The translations under genes were made by a program, and so were the position numbers. Below, piece after piece: positions 48,244 to 53,007 of a stretch of DNA of 53,007 bases. Source of the stretch: a virus (Duplodnaviria; Caudoviricetes). Where the stretch lies: positions 1 to 53,007 of IMG/VR virus record IMGVR_UViG_3300031519_000027; one strand, 5' to 3'. Numbering within the stretch: position 1 is the first letter of the stretch; every line of letters begins with the position of its first letter. The notes below the pieces were generated by a model. That model saw only the letters and a list, made by a program, of their open reading frames with translations, was not told the DNA's origin and did not search any database.

Positions 48244-48416
48244 TGATTGACATTTTGATTGAACGCTACCCCAATTTTGATTGGGCTACTTTAGAAGTAT
48301 TACCGATTGTCTTCGTATCGGGTAGTGGAGATTATCGAGTCGTTGAATCCCTATGGCCCACTGACCTATATCCTATTATTCCCTCATCGGATGATATTAA
48401 GGATTGGTTGGAGTGA
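48243..48416 (+). CDS. 57-aa protein coupled to the fibre, possible fibre chaperone; absent from the ORF track
   Basis: TGATG overlap, SD GGAGG; MIDILIERYPNFDW...IPSSDDIKDWLE. Confidence 0.6.
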   Translation: MIDILIERYPNFDWATLEVLPIVFVSGSGDYRVVESLWPTDLYPIIPSSDDIKDWLE

Positions 48417-48543
48417 CCGAGCGACAGAAACGATGTGAGAACGATGACTGTCGTGTAGTGCATGGTTCCCAAAAGGTCTTATGGTGTGTGCAGTGCCTCG
48501 TAAGTGATGCGCTCAAATGGGGTCTTGCTTGGTAGTCAATAAG

Positions 48544-48648
48544 ATGAAAGCGTGGTTAATTCAACGCCTCGTAATCTATGGAATAGCCGTTTTTTTGATA
48601 CCGAGCGTGCTTTACAGCATACTCTCTGATTGGTTATCGAAGTCGTGA
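48544..48648 (+). CDS. 34-aa single-TM peptide
   Basis: MKAWLIQRLVIYGIAVFLIPSVLYSILSDWLSKS, translated by hand. Confidence 0.4.
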   Translation: MKAWLIQRLVIYGIAVFLIPSVLYSILSDWLSKS

Positions 48649-48681
48649 GGTTTCATATAGGTGTGGCGGATAAGCCCCTCT

Positions 48682-49005
48682 ATGGAAAGAGACACCTTGC
48701 TTATGGGAATCGCCCTAATTGGAATTGTAGCCGCCGCACTTTATCGTGCTTACCTGAAATTGAAACCAAGCCTCGACCTTGCACTTGAAGACGGCAGTCT
48801 GTCGCTCGATGAAGTCATAGATATGAAGGATGAATTGATTGATGTTGCAGGTGATGTTGGCGACCTTATCAAGTCACTACCTTCCGCTTCTAAAATGAAG
48901 ACAATGAAGAAGGCCGACCTGTTGGCACTCGCTGAAAAGAACAATGTTGAATTGTCATCGGCGACTCTGACAAAGGCCCAAATCATTGCTGAAATGTTGG
49001 AGTGA
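48682..49005 (+). CDS. Membrane-anchored protein with C-terminal Rho-N/HeH-like helical domain
   Basis: N-terminal TM; MKKADLLALAE...TKAQII; TCATATAGGTG 29 nt upstream. Confidence 0.6.
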   Translation: MERDTLLMGIALIGIVAAALYRAYLKLKPSLDLALEDGSLSLDEVIDMKDELIDVAGDVGDLIKSLPSASKMKTMKKADLLALAEKNNVELSSATLTKAQIIAEMLE

Positions 49006-49904
49006 TTCGGGTGAAGAAGCCCGTTATTGCTGTTGACTTATACTGCGGCATTGGCGGGGTCACACAGGGTATGCTTGACGCAGGTGTCAAGGTCGTTCTA
49101 TCCATTGATGGATGGGATGTTGCCGAATACTTGCATAAAGTCAATTACCCAAGCGTTCCATTCGTTAAGCGTATGTTGGGCGAAGCCCCCACAGAGGATT
49201 TGGGTTTGATTCTAAAACACCTCCCTGATGACCGTGACTCGTATCACTTTCATCTACACGGCTCTCCACCATGCCAAGCCTTCTCCGGCCTTGCAGGTGC
49301 TAACAAACGGCACATATCGCAAGGCACGAAGAATGTCGACCACTTCCTATGGTTGGTCAAGCAATTGAAGCCTGACTCGTGGAGTATGGAGAATGTGCCT
49401 GCCACACGAAAACACTACCCTCACTTGCCACATCAAATGTTGGCGGCAAAGAATCATGGGGTTGCTCAATTGAGGAACCGATTCTTCGCAGGTGAAGGAT
49501 GGCGAGTGACAAAGTTCAACGAACACCTCGTCTCGTGGAACAGCGTGATTGCTGACCCAAGCATACCCATCGGTTCTGTTCTGAACACCGTGGGATGCTC
49601 TGTAACCACCTCTCCACGCTCTGAGGCGTCTGACAGCAATTGGGACTGCCCTTCGCTGACAATGACTCGACAATTGCCCTCTATACGCAAGAAACAACCC
49701 GACGGTTCGTTTGTCAAAATACGAAGTGTCACAGTGATGGAGATGGCTCTTTTGTTTGGGTTTCCAAGCACGATGAACTTGGATACTCCGTCATGGTTTG
49801 GGGCCAAGGACTTAACGATGGCGATAGGCAACAGTGTATGCCCGCCGGTGATGACTGCGCTTATCGAATCAATCATTCCAAAGACTTCAACAATTGACTC
49901 GTAG
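49002..49904 (+). CDS. DNA (cytosine-5) methyltransferase
   Basis: DLYCGIGG, GSPPCQAFS, MENV, QLRNRF, IGNSV. Confidence 0.9.
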   Translation: MIRVKKPVIAVDLYCGIGGVTQGMLDAGVKVVLSIDGWDVAEYLHKVNYPSVPFVKRMLGEAPTEDLGLILKHLPDDRDSYHFHLHGSPPCQAFSGLAGANKRHISQGTKNVDHFLWLVKQLKPDSWSMENVPATRKHYPHLPHQMLAAKNHGVAQLRNRFFAGEGWRVTKFNEHLVSWNSVIADPSIPIGSVLNTVGCSVTTSPRSEASDSNWDCPSLTMTRQLPSIRKKQPDGSFVKIRSVTVMEMALLFGFPSTMNLDTPSWFGAKDLTMAIGNSVCPPVMTALIESIIPKTSTIDS

Positions 49905-50121
49905 AGTAGATGCTGTATTCGTTTCCCTGATTGTATTTTCCTCTCCGAGAATTGACTCCCTGCCTTGCAGTAGCGGCGGCGGATAGAGTCTTACTGATTG
50001 CTCTAATGAGGACATCGTGACCATTGCTTCGCAGTATGTCACTCATCTCGGCGGCTGACATGAATTGATTCTCCGGTATCAAGACCATGTGCTTATGCCA
50101 TCTCTTCTTCTTAGATGCCAT
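49873..50121 (-). CDS. 82-aa basic putative winged-helix regulator (MASKKKRW...)
   Basis: CTAAATACGG 29 nt upstream on minus strand; MSAAEMSDIL...RAISKTL pattern. Confidence 0.55.
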   Translation of the reverse strand: MASKKKRWHKHMVLIPENQFMSAAEMSDILRSNGHDVLIRAISKTLSAAATARQGVNSRRGKYNQGNEYSIYSTSQLLKSLE

Positions 50122-50196
50122 ATAATGACCGATGCTTGCTCCGTATTTAGCCTTGATAGGCGCAACCCTCATTAGAGCGAAGGATAACGCATAGAC

Positions 50197-50349
50197 ATGA
50201 AGCGATACGATGCTGATGACCAACCTATTGTAAAGAAACACTCCTGTATGGTGTGCGAACGACAGGCACGAACGGGTAGCAAATCTCTCGTTGCCGACGG
50301 TTGGTTGGAGACTAAATCCGGTTTGGTTTGTCCTCAATGTCCTGAGTGA
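50197..50349 (+). CDS. 50-aa Zn-finger (CMVC...GW...CPQC), absent from the ORF track
   Basis: Translated by hand. Confidence 0.6.
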   Translation: MKRYDADDQPIVKKHSCMVCERQARTGSKSLVADGWLETKSGLVCPQCPE

Positions 50350-50394
50350 TTTTTGACGAAATGGTTAAAAGTGATAGGTTCCGTGGGTTATAGG

Positions 50395-50979
50395 ATGGAT
50401 GACGACGATTGGGACGACGGGCCTGAGTCCGAGGCGACTGCAATTGACACTTGGGGTTCGGGAAAAACCGAAGGAATTGACGACACTTTAATCCGGTGGA
50501 CTTCGATGTTGATGGTTCAAGGGTACAAAGATTCAGAGATAGTGCGGAAGTTGAATGAGGCCGATTTAGACTCGGCTCTCACGAGAGAGGGTCAGACTCG
50601 CCTTATGCGCTTGGCAAGACTCGAAGCGGAGGACTTACGCTACCTAACAGTGGCTCGTGCTGAAATGGGCGATACAGATTGGTTGAGGTTGGACTCTTAC
50701 AGCCGACGAAAGCGAATGCTGTCACTTACCGAGGGCATCGTTCATCAGGCTCATGCAATGGCGGATAATGTCAGCGCACTCAACAATGTTTCCTTCATGG
50801 TAGCAGGCTTAGTCAAGCAACAGGATGCGTTAGATAAGATGTCCGGCGCTCAGGATGCCAAACCTGCAATCACGGTGAACATCAATTATGACCCGATAGA
50901 CCAATTCAGGCAAGTGGTTCAAGAGGAACTACGAATCATTGATGTGGACTCAGAGGCTATCGAGAATGATAGCGATTGA
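50395..50979 (+). CDS. Putative terminase small subunit
   Basis: HTH-like GYKDSEIVRKL, helical middle, ITVNINYD strand; inference from architecture. Confidence 0.45.
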   Translation: MDDDDWDDGPESEATAIDTWGSGKTEGIDDTLIRWTSMLMVQGYKDSEIVRKLNEADLDSALTREGQTRLMRLARLEAEDLRYLTVARAEMGDTDWLRLDSYSRRKRMLSLTEGIVHQAHAMADNVSALNNVSFMVAGLVKQQDALDKMSGAQDAKPAITVNINYDPIDQFRQVVQEELRIIDVDSEAIENDSD

Positions 50980-51035
50980 GACAGGCGGAGTTACCAGACC
51001 ACGAGAACCCACATAAAACCAAATCGGGTTTGAAC

Positions 51036-51134
51036 TTAGCCGATACTTTTAGCCGATACCTTGGATATTGGCTGTGGATTTAGCCGATACTTCGTCAGAA
51101 TCGCTTGGATTTAGCCGATACTTTTAGCCGATAC
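51036..51134 (+). repeat. Five direct copies of TTAGCCGATAC
   Basis: Copies at 51036, 51049, 51080, 51111, 51124. Confidence 0.95.
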
Positions 51135-51491
51135 CTTTGATGTTCCGTGTGGATTTTCGCTCAGGCCGTCGGCTCGGTCGTTCCGCCCATGTTGAACATA
51201 GGGCTGACAGCCTATAAAGGTTACTATGCGACACTTTCCCGCCCGCTATTTCAGGCCCAGAGCGAAAGGGTTATAAAGGTATCGGTGTGGCATTCTCTTT
51301 AGGTCAAAGGAGATTGTCGCACCCATAAGACTATATACTCCCATCGTCACCGTTCAAGTGGATGCGGCTAACAATGGCAAGCCGTCCGAGGGGCCGCCGC
51401 CCCCATGTCCAGAATATCAGAAAATCGTTCATTTTTTACAGTTCGGGCCGACATTTTCAAACCAAAAAACGCTAAAAACGGCATCTATATA

Positions 51492-51528
51492 GGAAGTTGT
51501 TATATAGGGGATGCGTTTATGTCGTACC
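51492..51528 (+). promoter_or_regulatory. Class I promoter
   Basis: TTATATAGG at 51500, ATG at 51529. Confidence 0.75.
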
Positions 51529-52041
51529 ATGCCTCAAGAAGCATTAACCCCCGAAGCCCGAACCCCGACCGCCCTCGCTGTTGAGGTAAGCGTCCTTGCC
51601 CCTGTCGACAAAATCGTAGCCAAGCACATGAAAATTGACATGACCTCGATTCGTGCAAACGAGAACTCAACCACTGCTTACGACATCACCCAAACGGACA
51701 ACCTCACCGGCGTCTCAATCGACATGAAAGGAACCTTTACAGTCGGTCAAGAATCAATGACAACAAAGAGTACACTCGGCTTTGACCTTGATGCCTTCCT
51801 TCGTGCTGTTCACGGCTCAAACAACCCAGCAATGAATAAGTTCATGCGTGCCTTCGCCGACGCTTCAATCATGAAGCAAATGGGCGCTTCTCAAGAAGAC
51901 ATCGACGCACACCACGCCAAGCACCACATCGTTTCTTCAAAGAAGACCGACCTCGACTTCAAGGCATGGAAAAACACACTTCAAACCGACATGGTTCGAC
52001 CATACTCGGCAGTCGTGAAAATCCACCCTTCAACCGAGTGA
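51529..52041 (+). CDS. Orphan early protein
   Basis: Leaderless start; own terminator. Confidence 0.65.
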   Translation: MPQEALTPEARTPTALAVEVSVLAPVDKIVAKHMKIDMTSIRANENSTTAYDITQTDNLTGVSIDMKGTFTVGQESMTTKSTLGFDLDAFLRAVHGSNNPAMNKFMRAFADASIMKQMGASQEDIDAHHAKHHIVSSKKTDLDFKAWKNTLQTDMVRPYSAVVKIHPSTE

Positions 52042-52153
52042 ATAAACACACTCTGAAGACGACCGTTTTCCTGCCCTCCCCCACGGGGGAGGGCGAACCC
52101 CTCCAAGGCGTTACAGCGCACGAGAGGCGACCTCTGACCACCGAGGTTTGACC

Positions 52154-52191
52154 GACCCCTCACCGGTTCGCCGGTGTTGGGGTCTTTTTTT
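52154..52191 (+). terminator. Hairpin plus T7 terminator
   Basis: GACCCC-t-CACCGG-ttcg-CCGGTG-tt-GGGGTC-TTTTTTT. Confidence 0.8.
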
Positions 52192-52363
52192 GCATCCGGC
52201 CGGCTCGCAATCTGGGGCGCCTTTGTTGCTCCCTTGCGCTGGCAGTATATAGTCTTGCCTATCCTATACTCTCCTTCTCTCAAGAGAATGCCACACACAA
52301 AGGTTTATAGGGTGAGGCGACTATGCTCAAGTGGATGATGATGAGGGGGGGAGGGGCAGTCGC

Positions 52364-52385
52364 TCAAACCGCATATGCGGTTTGA
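52364..52385. repeat. Perfect 22-bp palindrome
   Basis: TCAAACCGCATATGCGGTTTGA. Confidence 0.9.
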
Positions 52386-52519
52386 ATACAGTCCTCCGCT
52401 TATTCCCTCTCTTCTCCCGCCCCCGTCATTGGGGGCGGCTATGTTACTGCGTGGGAGTGTTCAGGTATAAAGGTTTCTATCACCGATACCTTTAAGGGGA
52501 GATACCCCCAGCATCAAAC

Positions 52520-52858
52520 ATGGCCCAAGACCTGACCCCAACCCTTGCCCAAAGACGCCGACTGCCTGCAATGCGTGCAACCGAGAACATCGAAGACCCC
52601 GTGGCACATGTGCGGTTCTTCTTCGGTGGCCGTGGTGCTTTCTACGCTACCGAATACGACCACGCAACCGGCGAAATGTTCGGCTTCATGGTGTCCGTCC
52701 TCGGCCCTGACTGTGATGAACTCGGCTACTTGACCCTTGGTGAATTGCAAGCCACTCAAGGTATGTTATTCGGCGGCGCAGAGCGTGACCTTCACTTCAC
52801 CCCTGCACCACTGTCTGAAATCCGTGGCCGCTACCATGCTAATCGCCTATGGGATTGA
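52520..52858 (+). CDS. DUF2958-like protein
   Basis: RFFFGG...FYATEYD...FG...ELGYLTLGEL...ERDLHFTP; CCGATACCTTTAAG promoter about 29 nt upstream. Confidence 0.75.
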   Translation: MAQDLTPTLAQRRRLPAMRATENIEDPVAHVRFFFGGRGAFYATEYDHATGEMFGFMVSVLGPDCDELGYLTLGELQATQGMLFGGAERDLHFTPAPLSEIRGRYHANRLWD

Positions 52859-52904
52859 ACACGCACACGAGAACACCGGCGGCCCTGCGGGGTCGCTGTC
52901 GCCG

Positions 52905-52942
52905 ACCTGCTCACCGCCTCGGCGGTGGGTGGGTCTTTTTTT
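52905..52942 (+). terminator. Hairpin plus T7 terminator
   Basis: ACCTGCTCACCGC-ctcg-GCGGTGGGTGGGT-C-TTTTTTT. Confidence 0.8.
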
Positions 52943-53007
52943 CTGACCGGTGGCCCCTCGGAGCGTCGCCCTTTGTTGTTGCTATGAGATGGGGGTATAT
53001 AGTCTTT

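Noticed and set aside
51036-51134. CRISPR mini-array
   Set aside because: Repeat is only 11 bp with 2-20-nt gaps; no cas locus
52010-52065. Hammerhead ribozyme (GAAA...CTGAAGA)
   Set aside because: Stem II is out of register by one base, and stems I and III cannot be formed convincingly
1-53007. Integrated provirus or alternative genetic code
   Set aside because: No integrase, att-tRNA or host genes seen; long ORFs are intact in the standard code

Overview
Part of a head-tail (Caudoviricetes, siphovirus-like) ARCHAEAL virus genome, almost entirely coded on the + strand. Virion genes: portal, HK97-type prohead protease with a nested scaffold, major capsid, adaptor, tail tube, frameshifted tail chaperones, tape measure, hub, giant adhesin-like proteins and a collagen-like fibre. 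Replication/repair genes are archaeal-type: fused PriS-PriL primase, PCNA-like clamp, OB-fold SSB, AAA+ helicase, XPD/DinG helicase, XPF/ERCC4 nuclease, and an ATPase plus Cas4/AddB-like nuclease. A DenV-like glycosylase, GT4 glycosyltransferase, HNH nuclease and C5 methyltransferase are also present. Large terminase and DNA polymerase were not recognised in the window. A marine Poseidoniales (MGII) host is an inference only. The main signal not explained by the genes is regulatory. A BRE-TATA element (CG-N6-TTATATAGG) occurs 17 times, usually 28-30 nt before a leaderless ATG, and mostly drives small orphan genes wedged between core modules. Several copies carry an ATAGG-N6-CCTAT inverted repeat and share an ATGGACGRA (MDE/MDG) start. 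One copy drives an apparently non-coding antisense RNA, and a related element drives an 'empty' 9-codon ORF. Replication and structural genes use two other promoter variants. The last 2 kb contain an 11-mer repeat array, back-to-back promoters, structured RNAs and a 75-bp module repeated at 750-bp spacing. All family calls are from motif recognition by eye; no database searches were run.
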